From Kofleriaceae bacterium (GTDB lineage Bacteria; Myxococcota_A; Polyangia; Haliangiales; Haliangiaceae), in NCBI GenBank assembly GCA_046597055.1, contig JBKJLC010000278.1, positions 1 to 64,000 on the forward strand: a stretch of 64,000 bases of DNA, read 5' to 3'. The position numbers and the translations under genes were made by a program. Shown piece by piece: positions 1 to 10,498 of the stretch. Every line of letters begins with the position of its first letter. Positions within the stretch are counted from its first letter, which is position 1. The notes under the pieces were generated by a model. It was not told the origin of the DNA. It worked only from the letters and a program-made list of their open reading frames with translations, and ran no database searches.

Positions 1-1706
1 ATGCCCTCGGCGCCGAACGCGCGCGCGGTCTTGGCGTCGGTCGGGGTGTCGGCGTTGGTCCGCACCTTGAGCCGGCGGTGGCGATCGACCCAGCCCATCA
101 GCTCGCCGAGCTCGGGCGACATCTCGGCCGGCGCCAGCGGCGCCGCGCCCAGGAACACCTCGCCGGTCGAGCCGTCGACCGTGATCACGTCGTTGCGGCG
201 GACCACCACGTCGGCGGCGCCGCCCTTGCCGGCGAAGGTCGCCACCCCGCGGGCCGCCTCGACCCGCATCGAGGTGCAGCCGGTCACGCAGCAGGTGCCC
301 ATGCCGCGCGCGACCACCGCCGCGTGCGAGGTCATGCCGCCCCGCGCGGTCAGGATGCCGACCGCGGCCTTCATCCCGTGAATGTCCTCGGGCGAGGTCT
401 CGGTCCGGACCAGGATCACGTCCTCGCCCTTGGCGCGGGCGGCCTCGGCCTGCCCGGCGGTGAACACGACCTTGCCGATCGCGGCGCCCGGCGACGCCGG
501 CAGGCCCTTGGCGACCGGGTTGGGCCGGTGCTTCGGATCGATCTGGGGGTGCAGGATCTCGTCGAGCTTGGTCGGCTCGACCCGCAGGATCGCGGCCTTC
601 TGATCGATCACGCCCTCGTGGACGAGATCGACCGCGATCTTCACCATCGCGCGCCCGGTGCGCTTGCCGGTGCGCGACTGCAGCATCCACAGCGTGCGGT
701 CCTGGATGGTGAACTCCAGGTCCTGCATCTCCTGGTAGTGCGCCTCGAGGCGCGCACACACGTCGAGCAGCGCCGCGTACGCCTCGGGCAGCAGCTTCTC
801 CAGGCCGACGATCGGCTCGGGGGTGCGGATGCCGGCGACCACGTCCTCGCCCTGGGCGTTGATCAAGAACTCGCCGTACAGGACCTTCTTGCCGGTCGAC
901 GGATCGCGGGTGAAGCACACGCCGGTGCCCGACTGGTCGCCGAGGTTGCCGAACACCATCGCCTGGACGGTGACCGCGGTGCCCATCGCCGCCGGGATAT
1001 CGTTCATGCGTCGGTAGACGTCGGCGCGCGGGTTGCCCCACGAGCGGAACACCGCCGCGATCGCGCCCCACAGCTGGGCCTCGACGTCGTCGGGGAACGG
1101 CTCGCCGGTCGCGGTCCGGACCGCCTCCTGGAAGGCCACGCACAGCCGCTCGAGATCGGTGGCGTCGAGGTCGGAGTCGCGCGACAGGCCCTTGGCGCGC
1201 TTGGCGTCCTCGAGCAGGCGCTCGAACGGCGAGTCCGAGTGCTCGTCGGGCGCGACCACGCCCAGCACGACCTCGCCGTACATGGCGATGAACCGGCGGT
1301 AGCAGTCCCACGCGAAGCGCGGGTTGCCCGAGCGCGCGGCGAGGCCGGCGACCGTGGTCGGGTTGAGGCCGAGGTTGAGGATGGTGTCCATCATCCCGGG
1401 CATCGACACCGGCGCGCCCGAGCGCACGCTCAGGAGGAGCGGCGTGGCGCCGTCACCGAACCGGGTGCCGGTCTGGTCGCCGACGGTGGCCAGCGCGGCC
1501 TCGACCTGCGCGCGCAGCTCGTCGGGGTACGCGCCCGACGCCATCCACTGCCGGCACACCTCGGTGGTGATGACGAAGCCCGGCGGGACCGGCAGGCCGA
1601 GCCGGACCATCTCCGACAGCCCGGCGCCCTTGCCGCCGAGGGTCGCCTTGTCGGCGGCCCCGCCGTCGGCGTGGCCGGCGGCGAACTGGTAGACCCAGCG
1701 GGTCAC
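1..1706 (-). CDS. ppdK: Pyruvate phosphate dikinase (5' part; runs off window start)
   Basis: Manual translation from GTG at 1706: [51 protein letters not shown]...LLSVRSGAPVSMPGMMDTILNLGLN; also TARGGMTSHAAVVARGMG (phospho-His motif). GTGA overlap with the glyS stop. Absent from the ORF track because it is truncated. Confidence 0.97.
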   Translation of the reverse strand, partial: MTRWVYQFAAGHADGGAADKATLGGKGAGLSEMVRLGLPVPPGFVITTEVCRQWMASGAYPDELRAQVEAALATVGDQTGTRFGDGATPLLLSVRSGAPVSMPGMMDTILNLGLNPTTVAGLAARSGNPRFAWDCYRRFIAMYGEVVLGVVAPDEHSDSPFERLLEDAKRAKGLSRDSDLDATDLERLCVAFQEAVRTATGEPFPDDVEAQLWGAIAAVFRSWGNPRADVYRRMNDIPAAMGTAVTVQAMVFGNLGDQSGTGVCFTRDPSTGKKVLYGEFLINAQGEDVVAGIRTPEPIVGLEKLLPEAYAALLDVCARLEAHYQEMQDLEFTIQDRTLWMLQSRTGKRTGRAMVKIAVDLVHEGVIDQKAAILRVEPTKLDEILHPQIDPKHRPNPVAKGLPASPGAAIGKVVFTAGQAEAARAKGEDVILVRTETSPEDIHGMKAAVGILTARGGMTSHAAVVARGMGTCCVTGCTSMRVEAARGVATFAGKGGAADVVVRRNDVITVDGSTGEVFLGAAPLAPAEMSPELGELMGWVDRHRRLKVRTNADTPTDAKTARAFGAEG

Positions 1707-3888
1707 GGCGCGCTCCCCGGGGCGCCGGCGGCGAGCCGGAAGTCGGCGACCCGCGCGAACGGCGCGAGCAACCGGGTGAGGAGCGACAGTCGGTTCTCGC
1801 GCTTTGCCGGATCGGGATCCATGACCATGACGCCGCCCTTGTCGAAGAACGCGGCCACCACCGGCTGCAGCTCGACGAGTATCTCGAACATCTCGCGATA
1901 GGACTGGGTCGCCAGCGCGCGGTCGAGCCGCTCGGTGACCGCCCCGAACGCCTTCCACAGCTTCCACTCGGCGTTGCCCTCGGCGACGAACAAGCCGGGC
2001 TGGACCTCGCCCGAGATGGCGATCGCCTTTTCGTGGGCATCGTCGACGATGTTGGCGATGCGCTTGAACACCTCGCGCGCCGCCGGCGGCACCACCGCCA
2101 GCGCGCGTGCGCGCAACCGCACGTCGCACACGTCGAAGCCGCGCGCCGCGTCGCGCACGCCCAGCGCGGCGTCGACATCGAGCGGGGCCAGGCCCTCGTC
2201 GACCAGGAGCGTGCGCAGCCGGCCGGAAAAAAACTCGAGCAGCTCGCCGCGGTCGGTGGCGGTGATCTCGAGCCTGCCGGCGAACTGCGCGGCCGCGACC
2301 TCGATCAGGGTGTCGAGCGCGATCGGCCAGCCGGTGCCCTGGCCGAGCGTCGCGTGGCGCGCCCCGCCGGGCCCGAGGTCGAGGTTGATCGCGAGGATCG
2401 CGTTGGCCGCGCGCCGCAGCCCGTACGGATCGGCCGAGCCGCTCGGCTCGAGCCCGGTGCCGAAGCAGCCGACCAGGGTGTCGAGGCGGTCGGCGATGCC
2501 AACCACCGCGCCCTCGACCGAGTCGGGCAAGGGCGCCCCGGCGCCGCGCGGCATGTAGTGCTCGGCGACCGCCTGTCCGATCCGCGCGGCGATGTCGCCG
2601 TAGGCCGGGTCGGTGGCCATCCCGAGCCGGGCGTAATGCCCGCCCATGATGCCCTGCAGCTCGGGGAACTCACCGACAACGCCGGTCAGGAGGTCGCTCT
2701 TGCAGACCTCGGCCGCGCGGTGCGCGATCCGGGCGTCGAAGCCGACCCGGTCGGCCAGCGCGTCGACGATGCCGACGATCCGGCGGACCTTGTCGCCAGT
2801 CGACCGGGCCGCGCCCAGCTTGGCCTGGAACACGACGTCGTCGAGCTTGCCGCGCAGCTCGTCGAGACACTTCTTGCGATCCTCGGCGAAGAAGAACTTC
2901 GCGTCGGACAGCCGGGCCGCGATCACGCGCTCGTTGCCGGCGGCGACCAGGGCCGGATCTCGGGTCACGGTCGCCGCGATGGTCACGAACCGCGGCGCCA
3001 GCCGGCCGGCGGCGTCGCGCATCGCGAAGTAGCGCTGGTGGTTGCGCATCGCGGTGATCAGCACCTCCTCGGGGACCTCGAGGTAGGCCGGATCGAACCC
3101 ACCCGACACGCCGACCGGGAGCTCGCACAGGTTGGTCACCTCGTCGAGCAGCGCCGGATCCGGGATCGCGATCGCGCCGGTCTCGCGCTCGATGCGCGCG
3201 ATCTCGGCGGCGATCAGCGCCTTGCGCTCGACCGGGTCGACGATCACGTGGGCGTGACGCAGCGTCTCGACGTAGGCGGCCGCATCCGCGACCTCGACCG
3301 GTCCGGTCGAGAGGAAGCGGTGGCCTCGGGTCGCGCGGCCGCCGGCCAAGCCGGCGAACCGCACCGGCACCACCGCGTCGCCCCACAGCGCGAGCAGCCA
3401 GTGCACCGGGCGCACGAACGTGGTCTCGCCCCAGCCCCAGCGCATGGCCTTGGGCCACGACACCGCGGTGATGAGCCCGGCCAGGAGACCCGGCAGCACC
3501 GCGAGCGTCGGCTTGCCGGCGACGAAGCGGGTGGCGACGACGTACTGGCCCTTCTTGCCCGGAACGTCGGCCTTCTCGAGGGTTGCCGGATCGACGCCGT
3601 TCTTCAGCGCGAACCCGACCGCCGCCTTGGTCGGGTTGCCGTCGGCGCCGAACGCGGCCGAGGCCGGCGGACCGACCACGCGCTCGCTCAGATCGGGCTG
3701 GCGGTCGGCCAGCCCGCGGACCACCAGGGTCAACCGGCGCGGGGTGCCGAGCGCGGTCACCTCGGTGGCGGTGAGCCGCTCGGCCTCGAGGCGGGCCCGG
3801 GCCAGGCCGGGCAGCTCGGCGATCGCGCGCTGCAGCATCCGCGCGGGGATCTCCTCGCCGCCGATCTCGAACACCAGATCGCGGGCGG

Positions 3889-3892
<4 letters not shown>
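1703..3892 (-). CDS. glyS: Glycine--tRNA ligase beta subunit
   Basis: [85 protein letters not shown]-terminal [11 protein letters not shown] start overlaps the glyQ stop. Confidence 0.97.
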
Positions 3893-4878
<986 letters not shown>

Positions 4879-4903
4879 GAGGGGGTAGCCTGGAAGGCGG
4901 GGC

Positions 4904-4985
4904 ACCCTAGCAAGCGCCAAGCAAGCCGGTCAAGCGCGTAACCCCTTGCGATCTCTTGACGTTCTTGCCGAGCCGGGAATACGCT
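4904..4985. promoter_or_regulatory. Divergent sigma70-type promoters for glyQ (minus) and the PPC lipoprotein gene (plus)
   Basis: Minus: TTGACC (4933-4928), N18, TAGGGT (4909-4904). Plus: TTGACG (4956-4961), N18, TACGCT (4980-4985). Confidence 0.6.
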
Positions 4986-4990
4986 GGTTC

Positions 4991-5557
4991 ATGGTCGATG
5001 ACTCGCGCGCGCCGGGGACGCGCGCCCGAAGCGTTCCACGCCGGGCCGGCCTCGCCGCCGTCGCTGGCCTCGCATGCGCGCAGGCCGGGTGCTCGCTCAT
5101 CCTGGACTTCGACCAGCCGGTGGATGCCGGCCCGGCCGACGCCCCCGTCACCGACACCGCCTGCTTGGCCTTCGAGCCCAACGAAGACGCGGCCAGCGCG
5201 ATCGCGATCGTCGCCGGCGACCACGAGGCGGCGATCTGCGGCGGCGGCGACACCGACTACTTCAAGATCACGCTCGACGGCACCCAGAGCGTGCTGGCGC
5301 GGATCACCTTCATGAACCGCAACGGCGCCGGCGACATCGACCTGAAGCTGCTCAACAGCAGCGGCGCCAGCGTGCTCGACGAGTCGCGCACCTCGGCGGA
5401 CACCGAGGAGGTCAAGTGCCCGGGGGGACTGCAGTGCACCGGCCCCCTGCCCGCCGGCGACTACCTCCTCCAGGTCCTGGGCTTCAGCGCCGCCGTGCAG
5501 TCGGCCTACGTGCTGCACGTCGAGGTCGCCACCGTGGCCATCGACGCCGGCGTCTGA
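4991..5557 (+). CDS. Lipoprotein with PPC (pre-peptidase C-terminal)-like domain
   Basis: Signal peptide ending AQAGC; FEPNED, D-DYFKI, GDIDLKLL, GDYLLQV and Y-L-V pattern typical of PPC domains. Confidence 0.75.
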   Translation: MVDDSRAPGTRARSVPRRAGLAAVAGLACAQAGCSLILDFDQPVDAGPADAPVTDTACLAFEPNEDAASAIAIVAGDHEAAICGGGDTDYFKITLDGTQSVLARITFMNRNGAGDIDLKLLNSSGASVLDESRTSADTEEVKCPGGLQCTGPLPAGDYLLQVLGFSAAVQSAYVLHVEVATVAIDAGV

Positions 5558-5593
5558 TCACAACTCGCCATGCGTTCGAAAGCGCTCCCCCTT

Positions 5594-5723
5594 TTCCGGC
5601 GTCCCTGAGCGCAGCGCTCAGCGCGAAGTCGAAGGGCAGACGCCCCAAGTAGTGACGCGCTCCTCGGCGGCTGGCCCTTCGACTTCGGGCTCGCAACGAG
5701 CCCTTCGCTCAGGGACACCGGAA
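5594..5723. repeat. REP-like inverted doublet (cruciform palindromic element)
   Basis: ttccggcgtccctgagcg (5594-5611) pairs with cgctcagggacaccggaa (5706-5723); cgaagtcgaagggc (5624-5637) pairs with gcccttcgacttcg (5674-5687); internal hairpin gggctcg-caa-cgagccc (5687-5703). Confidence 0.8.
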
Positions 5724-5851
5724 CGTCGTGCGGAAGCCGTGGGCGATCAGGGCGCCGAGGGGCGCCGCGCTTGGCCTCACATCGCCGCCGGGCGCCGGCC
5801 TCCCCGGTCGGTCAGTTGCCGGAGCGCCGTGCAGTGCTTTCGGTGTGGTCC

Positions 5852-6154
5852 ATGCAACGCAATCTCGAACGAGACGAGGTCACCACGGTCGACCCGGTGA
5901 ACGCGGAGATCACGGTCACCACCGCCGAGGTCGTTCCGGATCCCACGCCGCAGCTCCGGACCGAGCTGGGCGTGGAGTTGATGCAGGCCGCGTCGCTCGC
6001 GATCGAACACGAGCTCGAGCTGAACGCCTTCATGAGCCTCGCCTGGCTCGCATACGTCGAGTCTCGGCCCGGCTACCGGGCGCAGCTCGAAGAGCAGCAG
6101 ATGATGTCCGGCGTGGCGGAGCTCCGCCGACTCGGTCGCGTCGGTCAGGCCTGA
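5852..6154 (+). CDS. Hypothetical protein (100 aa)
   Basis: Coding-like GC3 bias and normal amino-acid composition (MQRNLERDEV...RRLGRVGQA); family not recognised. Confidence 0.7.
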   Translation: MQRNLERDEVTTVDPVNAEITVTTAEVVPDPTPQLRTELGVELMQAASLAIEHELELNAFMSLAWLAYVESRPGYRAQLEEQQMMSGVAELRRLGRVGQA

Positions 6155-6270
6155 CCGGCATCCGCGGCCACGGCACCTGTCGCACGGCGCGGGTGCCGGC
6201 GACCCGCGGCGGCCAGCTGACGCCCATCGCGGAGGGCGCGCCAGGACGTCCCGCGCCCGGCGCCGGTCGA

Positions 6271-7062
6271 TCAGAGATCGATCTTGTCTTCGGGCGGAGG
6301 GGTCCCAGCGTTGCGGGTCGGCCGGCCACCGCCGCTCCGCTTCACCAGCGTGAGCGGGATCTGCATGTCGCCGTCGATCGAGTACGACTTCTCGAACGTC
6401 CGGTGACCGCTCGCCTTGGCGACGACCTTGATCGTCTTCTGCTTGCCGGACGCGATCTCGAGCTCGTACTTGTTGCCGATGACAGCCTTGCCGTCGACGG
6501 TGATGACCGCCGTGTCGACGCTCGGCTTGAAGATCACCATCGTCTTGACGAGCGCGACCGACGCCGTGCCGGTGCCGGCTGCCGAGCCCGATCCGGTCCC
6601 GGCCCCCAGGCCGGTCGCGGTCCCGGCATCGACCGACGCCGTGCCGGTGCCCGCGCCGTTGTCGGCGACCGCCGTGCCGGTGCCGGTGCCAGCCGCGGTA
6701 CCGGTGCCCGCCGCGGTGCCGGTGCCCGCCGCGGCCGAGCCGGTGCCGGTCCCCGCGACGTCGGTCCCCTTCCCGGCGGCGTCCGGGGTCGCGGTGCCCG
6801 CGCTGATCGCGTTCAGCTCACCCTCGATGCCCGCCTCGGCGTCGTCCGCGCCGGTGCCGAGCCCGAAGTACAGGCCGCAGAACGTCCCAGCCGCGACGCA
6901 CATCGAGAGCAGTACCGGGACCGCCTTCGAGACCCCGCCCGTGCGGACCGACGCGGTCTGCTGTGGCCCCATCGGGCGCATGCCCCCGCCGGGGTGCATG
7001 CCGTGTGGACCCTGCGGGCCGTGAGGGCCCGGCGGACCCGGTGGATACATGGGCTGTGCCAT
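6271..7062 (-). CDS. Single-pass membrane protein with Gly/Thr/Ala-rich linker and C-terminal PEGA-like domain
   Basis: Pro/Gly-rich N-tail, TM (AVPVLLSMCVAAGTFCGLYFGL), GTGTAA repeats, AVITVDGK...KVVAKASGHRTFEK PEGA-like motif. Confidence 0.75.
   Translation of the reverse strand: MAQPMYPPGPPGPHGPQGPHGMHPGGGMRPMGPQQTASVRTGGVSKAVPVLLSMCVAAGTFCGLYFGLGTGADDAEAGIEGELNAISAGTATPDAAGKGTDVAGTGTGSAAAGTGTAAGTGTAAGTGTGTAVADNGAGTGTASVDAGTATGLGAGTGSGSAAGTGTASVALVKTMVIFKPSVDTAVITVDGKAVIGNKYELEIASGKQKTIKVVAKASGHRTFEKSYSIDGDMQIPLTLVKRSGGGRPTRNAGTPPPEDKIDL
6556..6801 (-). repeat. Coding low-complexity repeat (GT/GTAA units)
   Basis: Degenerate gtgccg tandem units encoding AGTGTGSAAAGTGTAAGTGTAAGTGTGTA. Confidence 0.7.
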
Positions 7063-7074
7063 CGATGATTCTCC

Positions 7075-8259
7075 CTACCAGAGCAGACCGGTGACCGCGA
7101 GCCCACCGGCATTGGCTTGGACCCACGGCGTGACGATCACCTTGGGCACGTCGGCGCCCGGGCCGGCGCCGCGCGGCATCACGCGCGCATACTCGTCGTG
7201 CTGCTCGCGGTACGCCTTCATCTGGTGAGCGTGGTCCCGCGACCGGGGCCGGTAGATCTTCAGGTAGTAGTAGGTCGTGGCCCCGGCGGCCACGAGCGTG
7301 CCGACGATCAGGCCATCGGTGATGAGCGCGAGGTTCTTGCCGGAGGTCCGCGCGTCCTCCCGCTCGGTCGCCGACATGCTGTCCTTGAACGTGCGGTTCT
7401 TGCCCATCGCCATGAGGCCGGTCGCGACCGCGCCGCCGAGCGCCGCCACGGTCACGCCGCCACCGACGAAGAGCACGAGCTTGCTGGGCGCCGGCGGGGT
7501 CGGCGCGCGCTCGACCGGCGGGGGCGGCGCCCGCGGTGCCTCGATGATCACGCTCACCGCCTGCAGCTCGAAGCTGCGCTCTGACTCGCTGCCGGCCTCG
7601 ATCGCGATCTTCTGCTCGAGCGGCTGGTAGCCCTCGGCGGTGATCGCGAGCGTGTACTCGCCGGGCGCGAGGAACAGCGGCGCCGTGAGCGGTGAGGCCC
7701 CGGCCGAGGTCCCGTCGATCACGATCTCGGCGCCCTCCGGCGTCACTGCCAGCGCCAGCACGCCGATCGACAGCTTCACCGTCTCGAGCCGCTGCTCGGC
7801 ATCGGCCCGCAGCTTGGGATCGGCGTCGGGCGCCGCCGCGAGGAAGCCGCGATAGTGCCTCGCGGCGTCGAGCGGACGCTCGAGTTCCTCCGCGAGGATC
7901 GCCATCGACAGCAGGACGCGCGGCGTGGCGACCAGCTGGTACGCCTTTTCGTAGGCACCGAGCGCGCGTTCGTACTGCGCCTTGGCCTCGGCGCTGCGCT
8001 TCTTACGCTGCAGGTTGTCACCCTTCTTGAAGAACGCGTCGCCGCCGGCGATCAGCTTCCTGGCCGCGGCCTTGGTCGCCGGATCGGGCTCGGCCGGCGC
8101 CGCCGGCGTGGCCGGGGCAGCGGTCGGCGGGTCGCCCTCCAGCTCCACCTCGGCGGTCGGGTCGGGCGCCGGCTCCGGCTGCGCGCGCACGGCGGGCGCG
8201 GCGGCGAGCACGGCCAGCGCGACGGTGGTCGCGAGCAACCCGTGGCGACGATCTCCCAT
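7075..8259 (-). CDS. Exported TPR + PEGA domain protein
   Basis: Signal peptide (AVRA), TPR helices (YERALGAYEKAYQL, AARHYRGFL), PEGA (VTPEGAEIVIDG, LAPGEYTLAITAEGYQP), two C-terminal hydrophobic segments. Confidence 0.85.
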   Translation of the reverse strand: MGDRRHGLLATTVALAVLAAAPAVRAQPEPAPDPTAEVELEGDPPTAAPATPAAPAEPDPATKAAARKLIAGGDAFFKKGDNLQRKKRSAEAKAQYERALGAYEKAYQLVATPRVLLSMAILAEELERPLDAARHYRGFLAAAPDADPKLRADAEQRLETVKLSIGVLALAVTPEGAEIVIDGTSAGASPLTAPLFLAPGEYTLAITAEGYQPLEQKIAIEAGSESERSFELQAVSVIIEAPRAPPPPVERAPTPPAPSKLVLFVGGGVTVAALGGAVATGLMAMGKNRTFKDSMSATEREDARTSGKNLALITDGLIVGTLVAAGATTYYYLKIYRPRSRDHAHQMKAYREQHDEYARVMPRGAGPGADVPKVIVTPWVQANAGGLAVTGLLW

Positions 8260-8379
8260 GCGTTCAATCGTACCACCGCCTCGCGCGGCTCGTGCACCGG
8301 CGGCGAGGCCGCGTCGACGCGCTGCCGCCGATCGGCGGAACCCGAGGCGCCACCACCAAGCCGGTTCGGCCGGGCCCCG

Positions 8380-9153
8380 CTACGAGCCGCGCAGGCCGGC
8401 GTGTACCTGCGCGACGAACGCGACCGTCCGCAGGGGCTTGCCGACCAGGTGCCCGACGAACGCCAGCATCGCGTCGCGCGCCGACACCCGATCGCCGTCG
8501 GCCGCGTCGAGCACCGCGCCGGGGCCGAGCGGCGTCGCCGCCGCGTCGAGCAGGTAGCGGCGGGCGCCGGCCGACAGCGGCCGCACGCCCAGGCCCCGGC
8601 TGGTGGGCGCACAGGTCCGGCACACCACCCCACCCCGCACCGGGTCGAAGATCGCGCCCTGGTCGAGGTCGTCGTGACGTCCGCATGCGACGCAGCGATC
8701 GAGCGCGACGCCCGAGCCCAGCAGCTCGCACAGCCGTAGCTCGAAGCCGCGCAGCGCGGTCGGCGACGGCCCCGACGCCAGCGCCGCCCACAGCGCGACG
8801 ATCAGCCCGAGGATCTCGGGATCCGGCGTCTCCTCGGGGGTCAGCTCCCGGACCAGCTCGAGCGCATAGCTGGCGTGGCCGAGCACGATCGGATCCGACG
8901 CCAGCGCGGCGTGGTTGGCGACCACGGTCGCGCGCTCCAGCGCCCACAGGTCGCCGCCGCGCAGCCGCCGGCCGAGCGCAACCTCGCTCACCACCAGCAT
9001 GCCGAGCGCGCCGCCGAACCGCTTGCGCGAGCTGCGCGCGCCGCGCGCGATCGCGGAGATCCGCCCGAGGCTGCGCGTGTACAGCATGACGACCTGGTCG
9101 GACTCGCCGACCGCGGTCGTCCGCAGCACCACCGCATCGGTCTCGTCGCTCAC
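8380..9153 (-). CDS. recO: DNA repair protein RecO
   Basis: AVVLRTTAVGESDQVVMLYTRSLGRISAIARGARSSRKRFGG, FELRL, Zn finger C-VAC-G...GGVVC-RTC. Confidence 0.95.
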   Translation of the reverse strand: MSDETDAVVLRTTAVGESDQVVMLYTRSLGRISAIARGARSSRKRFGGALGMLVVSEVALGRRLRGGDLWALERATVVANHAALASDPIVLGHASYALELVRELTPEETPDPEILGLIVALWAALASGPSPTALRGFELRLCELLGSGVALDRCVACGRHDDLDQGAIFDPVRGGVVCRTCAPTSRGLGVRPLSAGARRYLLDAAATPLGPGAVLDAADGDRVSARDAMLAFVGHLVGKPLRTVAFVAQVHAGLRGS

Positions 9154-9208
9154 GCGCGCACAGCGTAGCCGGTCGCGGCCACCCCCGGCACGCGGAGATC
9201 CGCTGCGG

Positions 9209-10480
9209 TCAGGAGATCGACTGCGACGGAACCGTCGGGACGACGGTGACGCCCTCGCCGGTCGAGCTCGGGCGCCGCATCAGGTACGAGAGCGTCAGCG
9301 TCGCGACGATCAGGAGGATGATCACCGCGAGCGTGAGGCCGCCCTGGCGATTGCGGTCCTGGTCGAGGAGCGCGGGCGGCAGGAAGCTGCGCCAGCCTCC
9401 GCCCTCGGCGTCCTTCGCGCGCTGCTCGCGCGCCCGCTCGGCCGCTTCGGGATCGTCGTCGTCGATCACGAGCATCAGCGTCGGGGTCGACGAGAGCGCC
9501 GGCGGACGGACCACCGTGCTGGCGACCGCGACCGGCGCGGCGACCGCCGCAGCCGTGCTCGCCGCAAGCCCGTCGGAAGGCGCCAGCGTCACCGGGCCGC
9601 TGCCCAGTTCGAGCGTCATCTCGACGTCGAGCGACTCGTCGGTGGTGGCGGCCTCGGCCAGCAGCATCAGCGCGTCGCTGGACGAACCGAACGCACCGAA
9701 CGCGCCAGCCGCCAGCACGCCATTGGCTGGCACCGCCGGCACCGCGGCCGGCTCGAAGCTCGCCAGCAGCTCGGCCGGCACGCCGTGGGGCGGCGCGACC
9801 ACGTCCATGGCTCCCGACACGGTGCCACCGCGGACGAAGCGTCCCTTGGAGTCGCGCACGCGACGACCGCCGGCCGTCACCCGGCGGGTGACCCCCTGAT
9901 CGATCGTGGCGGCCTCGACGACCACGGGCACCGGCGCCACCGCGGGGGCCACGACCGGCGCAGGCGCCGCCGCGGCGACCGGCGCGCGGTCATCCTTCAA
10001 CATCATGGGCGCCGCCCGGGGGGGCACCACGGTGACGGACGAGGTCCGACCGGAGAGCGGCGCCATCGTATCGAGCAGCGCGATCGCCTGCACCGACGGC
10101 GAGGTCACCGGAGCGGCGGCGAAGCCGCACGCGCCGTAGCGCACGAGCGCCTCGTCGACCGACAGGCCGACGCACCGCGCGTAGTTGCGAATGAAGCCGC
10201 GGACAAACACGTCCGCCGGCAGCTCGTCGAAGCGGCCCTCTTCGAGCCGTTCGATCGTCCGCAGCTGGATGCGGGTCACCCGCGCAACATGCTCGCGGCT
10301 CAGGTCACGGGCCGCGCGGCCCGCGACCAGCCACGTCGCGAACTCGAGTCGGGTCGCCTGATGAGCGCCTCCGTCGGTCGCAGGGCGATGGCCCAAACCC
10401 GCTGCGCGCGATGCGTGCAGGGCCGTCGTGCTCCCCGAGCGCAGCGATGCGTTTTCGATCGTCTGGTTGCGGCGATCCAT
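9209..10480 (-). CDS. RodZ-like helix-turn-helix membrane protein
   Basis: XRE-type HTH (GRAARDLSREHVARVTRIQLRTIERLEEGRFDELPADVFVRGFIRNYARCVGL), long low-complexity linker, one C-terminal TM. Confidence 0.8.
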   Translation of the reverse strand: MDRRNQTIENASLRSGSTTALHASRAAGLGHRPATDGGAHQATRLEFATWLVAGRAARDLSREHVARVTRIQLRTIERLEEGRFDELPADVFVRGFIRNYARCVGLSVDEALVRYGACGFAAAPVTSPSVQAIALLDTMAPLSGRTSSVTVVPPRAAPMMLKDDRAPVAAAAPAPVVAPAVAPVPVVVEAATIDQGVTRRVTAGGRRVRDSKGRFVRGGTVSGAMDVVAPPHGVPAELLASFEPAAVPAVPANGVLAAGAFGAFGSSSDALMLLAEAATTDESLDVEMTLELGSGPVTLAPSDGLAASTAAAVAAPVAVASTVVRPPALSSTPTLMLVIDDDDPEAAERAREQRAKDAEGGGWRSFLPPALLDQDRNRQGGLTLAVIILLIVATLTLSYLMRRPSSTGEGVTVVPTVPSQSIS

Positions 10481-10498
10481 GCTCGGCGTCCCCCCGAA

